Shown here piece by piece: positions 32,244-43,933 of a stretch of 64,000 nucleotides of DNA. The stretch spans positions 64,001-128,000 of the forward strand of contig JBHLLT010000004.1 of the NCBI GenBank assembly GCA_048938855.1. The letters run 5' to 3'. Made by a program: the position numbers and the translations under genes. The stretch's first letter is position 1. Each line of letters begins with the position of its first letter. Below the pieces are notes generated by a model. It searched no databases and was not told where the DNA came from. It was given only the letters and a program-made list of their open reading frames with translations. The DNA comes from Promethearchaeota archaeon. Lineage in GTDB: Archaea > Asgardarchaeota > Lokiarchaeia > Sigyniarchaeales > SOKP01.

Positions 32244-33962
32244 ATGGAAATCGATGAAGATTTAATGTCAAATACTCGCGTAGCATATATTTCCATGGAG
32301 ATTGCTGTCGATTCTAATATTCCTACATATAGTGGAGGCTTAGGCGTATTATCTGGAGACACAGTACGATCTGCTGCAGATTTAGAAATACCTATGGTAG
32401 GAATTTGTTTATGTTATAGTTCTGGATATTTTTATCAGTTTTTCAATGAATTTGGAGAACAAAAAGAAAAAGAAATCGCATGGAATTTTTATTATGAGTT
32501 TGAGAAAGTAGAAAAGCCAATTACTTTGAAAATTGAGAATAAGGATGTTCATGTTAGTGCATGGTTATACCGTGTAATAGGACAATCAGGTCATGTGCTT
32601 CCAATTTACCTATTAACTACTGATGTAGAGGGAAATGAGGATTGGATGAAAAGGATGACTGGTTCTTTATATGATAGTACAAGTCGATGGAATAGAATAG
32701 TCCAAGAGATGATTCTAGGAATAGGAGGAGTAAAACTTTTAAAGTCATTGGGATACAATAATATTGAAACCTACCATCTAAATGAAGGTCATGGGTCATT
32801 TTCTACCATAGAATTATATAAGGAATTAGGGAGTATTGAAAAAGTTAAAGAAAAAGTAGCCTTTACAACCCATACACCTGTACCAGCTGGACATGATCGA
32901 TTCAGCCAAGATTTAATTGATAAAGTCTTTGAAAATAGAATGCCAAAAGAAATACGAAAGCTTGCGGATGACAACGGAGAATTTAATATGACATTCTTAG
33001 GTATGGCTTTATCAAGATATAGAAATGCAGTAGCAAGGAAACATGGAGATATCTCACGAAAAATGTTCCCTCAATATGAAATTGATTATATTACTAACGG
33101 AATTCACTTACCTTTTTGGGTTTCTAAACCATTCCGGAAGATATTCAGTAGAAAATGGCCTAATTGGAGAGCTAACCCATCTGTCCTTGAAAATGCTGTT
33201 GAATTAGATCCACTTGATATTTTTGATGCACACATCGAAAATAAATTCAATCTTATTAATTATCAAAAAGGACATTCTTGGAACCTATTGGATGAAGAAT
33301 TAACAACTATTGGTTTTGCGCGACGTTTTGCTACATATAAACGGGCAGTATTAATTTTTCATGATATAGATAGGCTAGGTAAGATAGCACAAGATCATCT
33401 TCAATTTATTTTTGCAGGGAAAGCTCATCCAAAAGATGTAGAAGGAAAGCAATATATTAAGAAGATTCATCAAGCGGGAGAATATTTGTATAATAATTAT
33501 GGTGTGAAAGTGGTAATGATGGAAAATTATAATATGGATCTTTCTCATTTACTTGTTTCTGGTGTGGATATTTGGCTTAATACACCCAATAGGTATCGTG
33601 AAGCAAGTGGAACAAGTGGGATGAAAGCGGCTCTCAATGGTGTATTGAATTTATCAGTTCAAGATGGATGGTGGTTAGAAGGCTATAAAATGAATAAATT
33701 AGCAGGTTGGGCAATTGGACCTAATGATTCTAATCCAGAAGACTCAGGAGTCTCGAATGACTGGGACATTGATTCAAATGCTCTTTATGAAATCCTCGAA
33801 AATGAAGTAATACCAACTTATCTGAACCATGATGAGTGGATCTTTAGACAACAAAATGCACTATCCCTTGCAGCCTATTTTAATACACATAGAATGATTC
33901 TCGATTATGCAGAGAAAGCTTATCGGTTAAAAAGGCAGAATAGATGGAAATATGTTAAATAA
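32244..33962 (+). CDS. glgP: Alpha-glucan phosphorylase
   Basis: YSGGLGVLSGD, HLNEGH, ARRFATYKR, EASGTSGMKA. Confidence 0.95.
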   Translation: MEIDEDLMSNTRVAYISMEIAVDSNIPTYSGGLGVLSGDTVRSAADLEIPMVGICLCYSSGYFYQFFNEFGEQKEKEIAWNFYYEFEKVEKPITLKIENKDVHVSAWLYRVIGQSGHVLPIYLLTTDVEGNEDWMKRMTGSLYDSTSRWNRIVQEMILGIGGVKLLKSLGYNNIETYHLNEGHGSFSTIELYKELGSIEKVKEKVAFTTHTPVPAGHDRFSQDLIDKVFENRMPKEIRKLADDNGEFNMTFLGMALSRYRNAVARKHGDISRKMFPQYEIDYITNGIHLPFWVSKPFRKIFSRKWPNWRANPSVLENAVELDPLDIFDAHIENKFNLINYQKGHSWNLLDEELTTIGFARRFATYKRAVLIFHDIDRLGKIAQDHLQFIFAGKAHPKDVEGKQYIKKIHQAGEYLYNNYGVKVVMMENYNMDLSHLLVSGVDIWLNTPNRYREASGTSGMKAALNGVLNLSVQDGWWLEGYKMNKLAGWAIGPNDSNPEDSGVSNDWDIDSNALYEILENEVIPTYLNHDEWIFRQQNALSLAAYFNTHRMILDYAEKAYRLKRQNRWKYVK

Positions 33963-34004
33963 GATATCCAATACTGCTAATTTTCTTTTTTATCAATCTA
34001 TTTC

Positions 34005-34520
34005 CTAAGTACTTATTAATTCAAATGGACGAATTTTAATATATTCATCAAAATTCTTTTGATCCAAATAGTCCTCAAAAGTTTGTTTTAAAACTGATTC
34101 TAAAGTGGAAACGCCAGAGACTAATCCGTTTAGGTCTTTTGATAAAAGGAGAATATATTCTGAACTTGCTTTAAGATAAAAAGACTCAGGATTTAATTCA
34201 TGATTTAATTGCTTCTCAATGATTTCATTTGTTTTTTTAACAATCCCTGGGGTTGTGAATATTACAATTAAGAATTTATCAGAATATTCCTGTTTTAAGT
34301 AGGAATCTCTTATCCCCGCAGCGTGTAATGCTATTTTTGTGTATGATTTAATTAGATACTGAAGACGAGTCAATTCTTTTCTAAATTTGCTCTTGTTATG
34401 GAAAAAGATGAATTCACTATTTAATTCTAAGGGATCTTCATTAAAATAAGTAATTTTTATTGGAGCTTTTTTAAATTTAAATTCTTTGAGGAATGTCGAC
34501 ATTTTAATTACCATTCTCAA
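34005..34520 (-). CDS. Hypothetical protein with GH20 domain-2 (zincin-like) resemblance
   Basis: ESFYL...I......GL..GVSTL pattern. Confidence 0.5.
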   Translation of the reverse strand: MRMVIKMSTFLKEFKFKKAPIKITYFNEDPLELNSEFIFFHNKSKFRKELTRLQYLIKSYTKIALHAAGIRDSYLKQEYSDKFLIVIFTTPGIVKKTNEIIEKQLNHELNPESFYLKASSEYILLLSKDLNGLVSGVSTLESVLKQTFEDYLDQKNFDEYIKIRPFELIST

Positions 34521-34608
34521 TAGATTTATTTAATTATAGTAAATTTCATTTAATAAAAAACTTCATCATTATAGCTTGTAAAGTAATTGAGAATTAATTA
34601 TATAAATT

Positions 34609-35598
34609 ATGAAATTCGGTAAACTAAATTTAGAAAATAGGTATATGCTGGCACCTATGCTAAATGTTACAACAGCACCATATCGGAGATTTTGTAGAAA
34701 AATTCAAAAAATTGGTTTAGTATTTGTGCCAATGCTTTACACTAAAAAAATCGAAAAGAATCCTAAAAATATTGAGAAAGATCTGTTTAAAATTGAAGAA
34801 GAACGCCCTATTGGGGTTCAATTAATAGGTTCTGATCCTAAAGCACTTAAAAATACCATCGATTATCTTGATAGTTTTGGATTTGATTTGTTAGATTTAA
34901 ATGCCGGATGTCCCTCAAAGAGAGCTATCAAAGCCCAAGAAGGGGGATATTTGATGAAGGATTTAGATAAATTAGAGATTCTAATTAATACTGCAGTAAA
35001 ATATTCTTCTAGGCCTGTTTCACTAAAAATAAGAACAGGTTTTGAGAAACCTGTTGATATCGGAAAGTTAACAGACATAGTAAATAATTCTGGAATTAAC
35101 CTACTAATTGTTCATGCTAGAACTGTTTTAAGTAAGTTTAACGATGAAACATTAGATTTAGATACAATTAAAACAATGAAGGAAAATATTTTGGTACCGG
35201 TTGTTGGAAATGGCAACATTATCAATCCTGTCACTGCTAAACGCTTTATAGACTATACTCATGTTGATGCGTTTATGATCGGTAGAGAATCGATGGGAAA
35301 TCCAGAGATTTTTAATCAAATCCATGAATATCTAATAAATAATCAGCTTGTTTTCTTCAAAAATAACAAGAAAATTATGGAAAAATATGTTAATATGTAT
35401 GAAAAATGTATAGATGAGTTCCTTTATGAGATTAATCACCCCATAGATAATAAACTCATAAAATTTATAGAATTAAAAAGAAATTCGATATGGCTATCTA
35501 AAAATATCAATAGATCGACAGAAATTAGAAATAAATTAAGTAAGGCTAAAAATATAGTTCAATTAAAAGAGATTTTGAATAATTACTTTAATAAATAA
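34609..35598 (+). CDS. dus: tRNA-dihydrouridine synthase
   Basis: LAPM, DLNAGCP, KIRTG, VHART, GNG. Confidence 0.9.
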   Translation: MKFGKLNLENRYMLAPMLNVTTAPYRRFCRKIQKIGLVFVPMLYTKKIEKNPKNIEKDLFKIEEERPIGVQLIGSDPKALKNTIDYLDSFGFDLLDLNAGCPSKRAIKAQEGGYLMKDLDKLEILINTAVKYSSRPVSLKIRTGFEKPVDIGKLTDIVNNSGINLLIVHARTVLSKFNDETLDLDTIKTMKENILVPVVGNGNIINPVTAKRFIDYTHVDAFMIGRESMGNPEIFNQIHEYLINNQLVFFKNNKKIMEKYVNMYEKCIDEFLYEINHPIDNKLIKFIELKRNSIWLSKNINRSTEIRNKLSKAKNIVQLKEILNNYFNK

Positions 35599-35626
35599 TC
35601 GCAAAAATTGCAAATGTTGAAGTTGT

Positions 35627-35845
35627 TCAGAGTTTCTTGATAAAAAATAGAGCAATCAATAAACAGGCAAGTATTCCACTAATAATAGAGATAATGATTA
35701 ATATTAAACTAATTATTTCAATAGCAAACAAAAATGAAGGACTTCCAGAATTTGCTACAGCTGAAATGATAATGAAAATTACCAGACATAATACTGTTAA
35801 TACAGCAAGAAGTATCCCAACTTGAAGAAATTTTTTCCGTTCCAT
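35627..35845 (-). CDS. Small 2-TM membrane protein
   Basis: Two hydrophobic helices with basic termini. Confidence 0.6.
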   Translation of the reverse strand: MERKKFLQVGILLAVLTVLCLVIFIIISAVANSGSPSFLFAIEIISLILIIISIISGILACLLIALFFIKKL

Positions 35846-35889
35846 AATATAAACCTTGAAAATTATGTATAAAAAATAAATTAAAATGA

Positions 35890-36910
35890 TTATTTATATT
35901 TTTTTAAAAGCTCCTCTGGTGAAAATACTCCATCCTCAGTAATTATACCAGTTACTAATCTAAAAGGCGTAATATCAAAAGCGTAATTTAAACACTCCAC
36001 ACCATCTGGAATTATTTGCACTTTTCCTAATACATTGCTTACTTCTGTACAATCTCGTTGTTCAATTTTTACATCATCAATTGTTTCCTGAAGAGATAAA
36101 GTGGATGTTGGAGCAGCTACATAAAATGGTATGTTATTATCTTTCGCAGCAAGAGCAACTAAGTATGTGCCTATTTTATTGAATACAGCATCAGAAGTTA
36201 CTCTGTCAGTTCCGACAATAACTTTATTTATTTTCCCAAGTCTCATTATTAATCCAGATGAAGTATCAGATATTACTTTTACCGGAATTTTATCATAATG
36301 CAATTCATATGCTGTTAATCTAGCCCCTTGTAATCTAGGTCTAGTTTCATCCGCGATCACGCTGATTTTTTTCCCATCTTCAATTGCGGCTCTAATAGGT
36401 GCTAATGCTGTTCCATACTGAACCGTTGCCAGTGAACCAGCATTGCAATGAGTTAAAATTACATCCCCATCATCCAATAGAGCTGAACCATTCTTACCAA
36501 TACTTTTATTAACATTGATATCTTCTTGAGCCATTAATTTTGCTTCTTCAATAACTAATTCAGAAATGCTTGGAGGATTATCTGGATAAGTACTGATGAT
36601 CTCCCATATTCTGTTAACAGCCCAAAACAGATTTGAAGCGGTTGGTCGTGTATTTCTTATAATATTAGCAGCTTCTTCCATTTTTTTTAGAAATTCAGTC
36701 TTAGGAAGGTTTTTATATTCAATCGTTGCTAGGGCCATTCCCATGGCTGCCGCAACTCCGATTGCTGGAGCCCCACGTATATTCATTACCTTAATTGATT
36801 TTGCCACATCTCTAAAATCCTCAAACTCGAGAAATTCAAGTTTGTGAGGAAGGATCGTTTGGTCAATCATCTTTACTTTATTATCAATCCATTCAATTGA
36901 AGGAATCATA
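35890..36910 (-). CDS. mtnA: Methylthioribose-1-phosphate isomerase (eIF2B family)
   Basis: IDQT.LP, RGAPAIG, RPTA.NL, THCNAG.LAT, ETRP, NKIGT; start MIPSIEW. Confidence 0.92.
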
Positions 36911-37018
36911 AATATTATGAATTTGTGGCAATTTATATGCTTAATTAATATAAAAAGAACTTTTTTAGGTTGTTTCAAAATATATCTTGAATCTTAAAAA
37001 TTATTAAGTTAATCTAAT

Positions 37019-37891
37019 TTGATGAATGAAATAAAAGTATCCCCTATTATCTCTTGTAGCAGAAGAACTGATATTCCTGCATTTTTAATGGATTGGGTTA
37101 TTCAACAAATAGAAAAGGGGTATGTAGATGTTGCTAATCCGTTTAATCGAAATCAAATTTCCCGTATATCTTTAAATCCTAAAGACGTCAAATGTTGGGT
37201 TTGGTGGTCTAAGAATTTTGAAAATTGGATTAAAAAATTTAAGGAAAAAATGCACATATTCAATAGATATAAGGGACATTCATTTCAATTTACAATTAAT
37301 TCTCCTTCTGAATTAGAAAATAATGTAAAAATTTCTTTAGAGAAAAGGTTTCAACAATTAGAATGGTTAATAAATGAATTTGGTTTAATTGCGATAAATT
37401 ACAGATTTGATCCAATTATCCTATATAAAAAGTATAGTTCTAATAAAGTTGAAAGTAATTTAGAAAAATTCGAGTATATTATTGAAAATGTTTCCGCTCT
37501 TGGGTTAAAACAAATGATTTTTTCTTTTGCAACGATTTATGATAAAGTTAAAACTCGTATGAATGCTAGGGGTTATATGCCAATTGATCTTCCTATTGAA
37601 AAGAAAAAAGAAATTCTCCATAACATGGTAGACGTATGTGCAAAGAACAATATTAAGATGTATGCTTGTTGTCAACCGGATTTATATGATATAGAGGGAG
37701 TTGAGCAAGCACATTGTATCGATGCGTATAAAATAGAAAAAATTGTTGGAGAAAATATACCTAAAATAAGAGATACAGGTCAAAGAAGAGATTGTGGATG
37801 CTTTAAATCGAAAGATATTGGAGGCTATTCTGGAATTTTTCGCTGTAAACATAATTGTAGTTATTGTTATGCCTCACCAGCAAAGAGATAA
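37019..37891 (+). CDS. DUF1848 family protein
   Basis: IISCSRRTDIPAF, RFDPI, DIG.Y..C.H.C.YCYA. Confidence 0.88.
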   Translation: MMNEIKVSPIISCSRRTDIPAFLMDWVIQQIEKGYVDVANPFNRNQISRISLNPKDVKCWVWWSKNFENWIKKFKEKMHIFNRYKGHSFQFTINSPSELENNVKISLEKRFQQLEWLINEFGLIAINYRFDPIILYKKYSSNKVESNLEKFEYIIENVSALGLKQMIFSFATIYDKVKTRMNARGYMPIDLPIEKKKEILHNMVDVCAKNNIKMYACCQPDLYDIEGVEQAHCIDAYKIEKIVGENIPKIRDTGQRRDCGCFKSKDIGGYSGIFRCKHNCSYCYASPAKR

Positions 37892-37900
37892 GAAATAATT

Positions 37901-38356
37901 CTATTTGTTATTTCTAGAAAACTGTTTAGATAATTCCCAGAATGGTGGAACAAGTCCAAGGTCATATAATATATCATAAAAGCAAAAAGCACCCCATTGA
38001 TCTATAATTTTGCCATTTGAATTTATATATAAAATCGTAGCTCCTTCAAAAGAAACACTTTTTCCTGAAGGATCAAAACCCCATCCTTTACCTAGATGTG
38101 TTCCATGCCCTTCGTAGCGAATCCAAACTTTATTTTCTTCCCCTTTTATTTCAATAACTTTATATATTAAATCTGGAAAGATAGTTCGAAAATGATTAAT
38201 TTCGTGTTTTATTTGGGCAGGTCCAATTTTATCTATTTGAATCCAACTTGGATTATAATTAGGATCAATAATCTCATCAGCAATATTAAGATCCGGTTTA
38301 CTCCACATCTCTTCAAAAAACAATCTACCTATTTTTTCAGTTTCTTCAATTTTCAT
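37901..38356 (-). CDS. SnoaL-like ester cyclase
   Basis: FPDL, GTHLG, GKI pattern. Confidence 0.85.
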   Translation of the reverse strand: MKIEETEKIGRLFFEEMWSKPDLNIADEIIDPNYNPSWIQIDKIGPAQIKHEINHFRTIFPDLIYKVIEIKGEENKVWIRYEGHGTHLGKGWGFDPSGKSVSFEGATILYINSNGKIIDQWGAFCFYDILYDLGLVPPFWELSKQFSRNNK

Positions 38357-38523
38357 TTTATAAGAGTATATTTCAACTTTTTAAATTATAAATACAATTA
38401 TATTAAATACAATTTTATTGAATATTAAGGAAAAACCGAAATTAATACAAATAAAAAACGATTCAGTATTTATACTATATATAACATTATTGTTGAGGTT
38501 TTTATCAATATAGAGGTAATTTT

Positions 38524-39408
38524 ATGCCGAAATGTAAATTTTTTATAGTCGATGTATTTGCTGAAAGAAGATTTGAAGGAAATCAACTTGCTGTTTTTAT
38601 TTGTGAGGAAGTACTTTTTGAAGCTGAAATGCAAAAAATAGCTAAAGAGATGAACTATTCAGAGACAACGTTTATTACTTCGAAAGAGAATTATAATGTT
38701 CGTATTTTTACTCCAGAAGTCGAATTGCCTTTTGCAGGACATCCTACAATTGGAACTGCTTTTATAATTCAACAAGAACTAATTAAGGGAAATATAAAGA
38801 CAATTCTACTTAACCTTAAAATTGGACCAATCCCAGTTTTGTTTAAATACAAATCTGGAAAACCTGATTTAATTTGGATGGAACAAAATCCTCCATCTTT
38901 TGGTAAATTTTTTGATACAGAAACAATTTCTGAGATCTTAAGACTTGAGGAACATGATATTGATGATAGATTTCCAATTCAAGAAGTTTCTACTGGTGGA
39001 CCTTTCATTATAGTTCCTTTAAAGACATTAGATGCTTTGAAGCGAACAAAAGTTGATATAGATAAGTGTTTTGATCTATTGGAAAAGACTGAAGCAAAAT
39101 CAATTCTAATTTTCTGCCCTGAAACAAGAAAAAAGGGAACTGATTTAAGTGTACGCGTTTTTGCTCATTATCATGGTATTCCCGAAGATCCTGCCACAGG
39201 AAGCGGTAATGGATGCTTAGCTGCCTATTTAGTGAAACACGATTATTTCAATAAAAAGCGTATAGATATTAAAGTTGAACAGGGGTATGAAGTAGGAAGA
39301 CCTTCATTACTTTACTTAAGAGCAGAAGAAAACGATGAAGGGCAAATTAGTGTATCTGTAGGAGGAAAAGTCATCCTTACTGCAACTGGTGAATTAATAG
39401 ATAATTAA
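38524..39408 (+). CDS. PhzF family isomerase
   Basis: DVF...GNQLAV, SETTF, ELPFAGHPT, EDPATGSG. Confidence 0.93.
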   Translation: MPKCKFFIVDVFAERRFEGNQLAVFICEEVLFEAEMQKIAKEMNYSETTFITSKENYNVRIFTPEVELPFAGHPTIGTAFIIQQELIKGNIKTILLNLKIGPIPVLFKYKSGKPDLIWMEQNPPSFGKFFDTETISEILRLEEHDIDDRFPIQEVSTGGPFIIVPLKTLDALKRTKVDIDKCFDLLEKTEAKSILIFCPETRKKGTDLSVRVFAHYHGIPEDPATGSGNGCLAAYLVKHDYFNKKRIDIKVEQGYEVGRPSLLYLRAEENDEGQISVSVGGKVILTATGELIDN

Positions 39409-39430
39409 AAAAATAAATTATTTTAAGTTT

Positions 39431-40549
39431 TTAAACACTCGTTCTATATGCTTTGACTTTTTTTATTAAGGCATTTACTTCCGCTGGATGTGAAAATAAC
39501 GCACACGGAGATCCATTAGTTTCTAATAAATGCTCACTTTCCCTAATTACCTTAAACAATTGACTATTCAAGCCTTCTCTTAGTGAATTTTTAGTAAGGT
39601 TATGAGTTGCAATATTAGAAACGGGGCATGGTGTTAAATCTCCTAATGGGGTAATATGAGCAAATCCCCTCCCTGCTGAGACACAACCCCCCATATATTC
39701 TTCATCTCCAGGTGAATGTAAAAGAAATATTTCTTTATTTTCTCGATAATCTAAAATTTTTTCTCTAAATTTCTTACTTTCCTCACTAGTAAGCATTAAT
39801 TCTGTGTCATTATCTACTGGTATATATTCAAGAAGGAAAGCTAGTCGTATCCCCTTAGAAATTAATTCGTCAATATGTTTGGAATCCATCCAAAACTTGA
39901 AGTTCTTTCGATTAATTGTTACCGAAATTCCGCTAATAATTCCTTTATCATCTAACTCGTTAATAGTATTAATAGCTTTTTCATAAACTCCCGAACCTCT
40001 TCGTTTATCTGTCAAATCTTGATCCCCTTCAATACTGACCATAATTATTGTATTTCTTAACCGCTTAAGTTTTTCAAAATCTTGATTATTTAGCATTGTT
40101 CCATTTGTAAAAATTAAGAATAATCTATCTTTGAATTCTTCACTAATTTTTAGTAGGTTGGGGAGCAGGAAAGGTTCACCACCTGCTATTATAAAAGCAA
40201 ACACACCCAATTCTTTTGCCTGGTTTATTATTTCAATCCACTGCTCTAAATCTAAAGTTTTTTTAGAATTTTGCTTGCATAATGTACCTGTTGCTGCCGC
40301 ATAGCAACCTGCACATTTGAGATTACAATTTGAAGTTATACTTAAAATTAGGAAGGGAGGAACTTTAAGACCTTTAATTAGCTCTTCCCCTCTTATTTTA
40401 CGCGACTTTTTATAGGCTTTAGCCAATTTCACCATAATGTACATACTTTTTGGATGCTTTAAAATCCAGGGCATAAAGATTTTTGCCATTGAGGGATCGA
40501 CTTTCTTCAAGGTACGGTTGATATAATTTGCGTTTATTTCATCCATCAT
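39431..40549 (-). CDS. Radical SAM protein with SPASM/twitch domain
   Basis: CNLKCAGC, GGEP, C-terminal Cys cluster. Confidence 0.9.
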   Translation of the reverse strand: MMDEINANYINRTLKKVDPSMAKIFMPWILKHPKSMYIMVKLAKAYKKSRKIRGEELIKGLKVPPFLILSITSNCNLKCAGCYAAATGTLCKQNSKKTLDLEQWIEIINQAKELGVFAFIIAGGEPFLLPNLLKISEEFKDRLFLIFTNGTMLNNQDFEKLKRLRNTIIMVSIEGDQDLTDKRRGSGVYEKAINTINELDDKGIISGISVTINRKNFKFWMDSKHIDELISKGIRLAFLLEYIPVDNDTELMLTSEESKKFREKILDYRENKEIFLLHSPGDEEYMGGCVSAGRGFAHITPLGDLTPCPVSNIATHNLTKNSLREGLNSQLFKVIRESEHLLETNGSPCALFSHPAEVNALIKKVKAYRTSV

Positions 40550-40787
40550 ATATTCAATATTTATTCTGTTCTTAGATTAAAATTAATATGAGTTTTGATT
40601 TTATTATTAAAAAAATTATGCTTAACTTATAATTTCAGTAGTCCAATTTTTACCGAACTAAAAAAAAGATTTCCACATAAGTGTCTAATGATTATTGCTA
40701 AAGATAACATATAAAAAGGAAGAACCTGAAGTCTTATGAAATATGATAAAAAAATAAATAAATCTTCTAATTTTAAAATTTTATAAA

Positions 40788-41318
40788 TTGCATGAGGAAT
40801 ATAAATTGAATAATCATACTAATGAAAAAACTAAAGAAAAACTTCCTCTGGTAGGTATTGGTCCTAAATTACTTATAGTTATGTGTCCACTTTTCGTTTT
40901 ATTAGGCATTTTGAATTCAATTTATTATCCTTTTTTTCAAATTACAATATATTATTATTTACTGGTTATTATTGGAGCTGGATTAGTAACAATGGGTATG
41001 ATAGTATTTATTTATTCTGAGAGAATGTTAAGTGTAGCACATGATTCATCAGATTTAGTTATCACAAAATTCTATGCATATGTTAGACATCCTATGTATG
41101 CTTCTTGGGGATTAGGAGTACTTCCTGGTATATTTTTCTTGATTAATAGTTGGTTATTCTTTTTAACTCTAATTATATATTATATATCTGTTAGAATCTT
41201 TATAAAAAAAGAAGAAAAATATTTAATGGAAAAATTTGGCAAAAAATATTTGCATTATAAAAAAAATGTAAATTTATTCTTTCCTAATGTGAAAAAATAT
41301 AAACCCGAACAACAATAA
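40788..41318 (+). CDS. Isoprenylcysteine carboxyl methyltransferase (ICMT/PEMT) family protein
   Basis: YAYVRHPMY, EEKYL..KFG..Y..Y. Confidence 0.85.
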   Translation: MHEEYKLNNHTNEKTKEKLPLVGIGPKLLIVMCPLFVLLGILNSIYYPFFQITIYYYLLVIIGAGLVTMGMIVFIYSERMLSVAHDSSDLVITKFYAYVRHPMYASWGLGVLPGIFFLINSWLFFLTLIIYYISVRIFIKKEEKYLMEKFGKKYLHYKKNVNLFFPNVKKYKPEQQ

Positions 41319-41330
41319 ACAACATTAGAT

Positions 41331-42770
41331 ATGAATATAAAGTTAAAATTTGCTGTATTAACCCTTTTTGTGGTTTTATTTCAGTCAGCTTTAAAAGTAA
41401 TTGGAGTCTTGATTACAGGTAGTCTAACTTTTTTATCTGAAACCGTTGATACTCTAACTGATATTTTATTTGTTTCTATAACATTATATTCACTTTATTA
41501 CAGTCAGAAACCAGCGGATTATGAGCATATGTATGGACATATGAAAGCTGATGCAATATCTGGATTGATTCAGGGTATACTTTTAATTAATATTTATGTT
41601 GTTTTGATTTATAATGCCATTCAAACAATCATCACATCTAATTTCCAAGTCGTTAATCCCGAATTTGGCTTAGTATTATTAATAATTTCATTTTTTGTAA
41701 ATTTGATTTTCTCAAGAGTTTTAATATCAAAAGGTAAGTCCCATAAAAGTATAACTTTAGAAATACAAGGTCTTAATTTATTTCAAGATTCGATGAGAGC
41801 TATTATTGTCTTTGTAAGTTTCATTTTTGCCTATTTTAATATCTTTTTTATCGATCCAATACTAAGTATTGTTCTTTCTGGTTGGATTATAATAGGAGCA
41901 TTCAGTTTAGCTAAAAAAGGGGTAAAAGAACTTACAGATACTAACCCCATTAGCACAATCATAACTGAAGAATTACGACAGAAAATATTTGGTTTAGAGC
42001 ACGTAATTGCTGTAAATGATGTAAAAATAAGGACAAGCGGTAAGACTTTATTTTTAGAAGTACATTTATCCGTTGAAGATCATATCTCAATTGTTCATGC
42101 AAATGAAAATATTATGTCTATAAGAAGCTTAAGTAAGAAATTATTTCCTTTATATGAAGTAGAATGTATAGTTGAAATGAACCCTATTGCCAGTGAAAAT
42201 TCTATAGGTGAAGGTTTGATTAATTTAATCTTTTCTATGAGGTCTGAATACCCAAAAGTCATTGATTTTAAGGATCTTAACATTTTTAGCATTGAAGATC
42301 AATATTTTATATCATTAACTGTTATTGTAGATGATAACCTCACTCTATCAGAAGCTCATCAAATCTGCTCACATTTTGAGGAAGAAATAATGAAACAAGC
42401 GCCGCGTATTTCTAGAGTTATAACTCATATAGAAGGGCAACCCTATAGTAGAGATTTAATACCAGGACAAATAAAATGTGCTGATGTCGGACCAGAAATG
42501 ATAAAGCAAATAAGTGAATCTGTTGAAAATGTGCTAAAGAAGCATCATAAAGTTAAAGGATATCATAGAATAGAATTTTGGGCAACTCTAGAATATTGTA
42601 TATTAGAAGCTCATATATTTTTCGATGGTTCATTAAATATTTCAGAAATACATAATTATATTTCTGAATTAGAAAATAACATTAGAGAAGAATTAGGTAT
42701 TGATAATTTAGACACAATATTTCTTCATTCAGAGCCAATAGAAGATCAGCAGGAAGGTATAATTTTCTAA
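41331..42770 (+). CDS. Cation diffusion facilitator transporter with repeated C-terminal domains
   Basis: KPAD..H.YGH, 6 TM, three ZT-dimer-like repeats. Confidence 0.88.
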   Translation: MNIKLKFAVLTLFVVLFQSALKVIGVLITGSLTFLSETVDTLTDILFVSITLYSLYYSQKPADYEHMYGHMKADAISGLIQGILLINIYVVLIYNAIQTIITSNFQVVNPEFGLVLLIISFFVNLIFSRVLISKGKSHKSITLEIQGLNLFQDSMRAIIVFVSFIFAYFNIFFIDPILSIVLSGWIIIGAFSLAKKGVKELTDTNPISTIITEELRQKIFGLEHVIAVNDVKIRTSGKTLFLEVHLSVEDHISIVHANENIMSIRSLSKKLFPLYEVECIVEMNPIASENSIGEGLINLIFSMRSEYPKVIDFKDLNIFSIEDQYFISLTVIVDDNLTLSEAHQICSHFEEEIMKQAPRISRVITHIEGQPYSRDLIPGQIKCADVGPEMIKQISESVENVLKKHHKVKGYHRIEFWATLEYCILEAHIFFDGSLNISEIHNYISELENNIREELGIDNLDTIFLHSEPIEDQQEGIIF

Positions 42771-42781
42771 TAAAAAGAGGT

Positions 42782-43933
42782 TTAAAATGGAAAATTATAT
42801 TTTTCTAAGTTTAATTCTTTTTGTATGGTTTTAATATCTTTTTGCAAGCTTTTATTTAGTGGAATACCATTTTTTTTTCTTTCCATTTCCTTATAGTATT
42901 CTTTTTCTCCAGCAGTGTAAATTCTGTCAGTTTCTGATGCTTTTTTAGAACCTCTTAATTCTCTCATTATATTCCCAGTTATTTTTTTAAACCTTCCCAA
43001 CGGTATAAAGTTCTGTACATTAATTGCTAAGAAGAAATGTCCTACTTTCAGTTTTTTTTGACCATTTTCAGTAATACCAGCTGTATCTTTAAGATAGACT
43101 CCATCCTGTAATGCAGAAGATAAAATTTCAGCAAAAGTAGCGTAACCGTAACCTTTATGCCCTGATGTGTCTTCACCTTTACCACCCAAAGGTAATAATG
43201 CCGCAGAACGATTAACTAATTTATTTAAGACAATGTCAGGATCATTTTTGGAATTTCCATTTGAAGAAATAATCAATCCATCTGGGAGTTGTTTATGTAA
43301 TCTATTATATACCTCAAGTTTCCCTCGTTGTATAATGGATGTTGCACAATCAATTAAAAAAGGAAAATCTTCATCAGTAGGGGCACCATAAGTTAAAGGA
43401 TTTGTGCCTAACATTGGCTCAATTCCAAAAGTAGGGGGTACAGATGGGCGGGTATTTGTAGTAACGAATCCTATCATTCCTTCTTTTATTGCCATTGATG
43501 AATAATATCCAGCTATACCAAAGTGAGTAGAATTTCTAACTGCTACTGCTCCAAGACCATATTTTTTTGCTTTTTCGATTGCCAATCTCATCGCCAAATA
43601 TGCAATAACATGCCCCATTCCGCAACCTCCGTCGAGAACTGCTGTAGTTTTATCATCTCTAATGATTTTTATCTTCGTTTTTGGATTATATATACCTTCC
43701 TTAATCCTATCATAATACATTTTTAATCTTTGAACACCATGTGAGTCAATCCCCTTTAAATCAGAAGAAATAAGAACTTCAGCAATAATTTCAGCGTGTC
43801 CTTCTGGAACATCTAATTTAATAAAAACATCACGAATAAAGCTTTTAAGCGTACTTACATCTATATAAACAGTATCATCTGATGGTGTTAAGTTAGTTTC
43901 CTTTAGGGCATTTTCTACCATTTTCGCAAACAT
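42782..43933 (-). CDS. Ldh_2-family (malate/L-lactate) oxidoreductase
   Basis: GIDSHG, STHFG, GTNP, HKGYG. Confidence 0.9.
   Translation of the reverse strand: MFAKMVENALKETNLTPSDDTVYIDVSTLKSFIRDVFIKLDVPEGHAEIIAEVLISSDLKGIDSHGVQRLKMYYDRIKEGIYNPKTKIKIIRDDKTTAVLDGGCGMGHVIAYLAMRLAIEKAKKYGLGAVAVRNSTHFGIAGYYSSMAIKEGMIGFVTTNTRPSVPPTFGIEPMLGTNPLTYGAPTDEDFPFLIDCATSIIQRGKLEVYNRLHKQLPDGLIISSNGNSKNDPDIVLNKLVNRSAALLPLGGKGEDTSGHKGYGYATFAEILSSALQDGVYLKDTAGITENGQKKLKVGHFFLAINVQNFIPLGRFKKITGNIMRELRGSKKASETDRIYTAGEKEYYKEMERKKNGIPLNKSLQKDIKTIQKELNLEKYNFPF

Noticed and set aside
35627-35845. 2-TM protein as a Cys/Ser homolog of the selenoprotein family
   Set aside because: Only the architecture is shared; there is no TGA or Cys in the loop and no SECIS.
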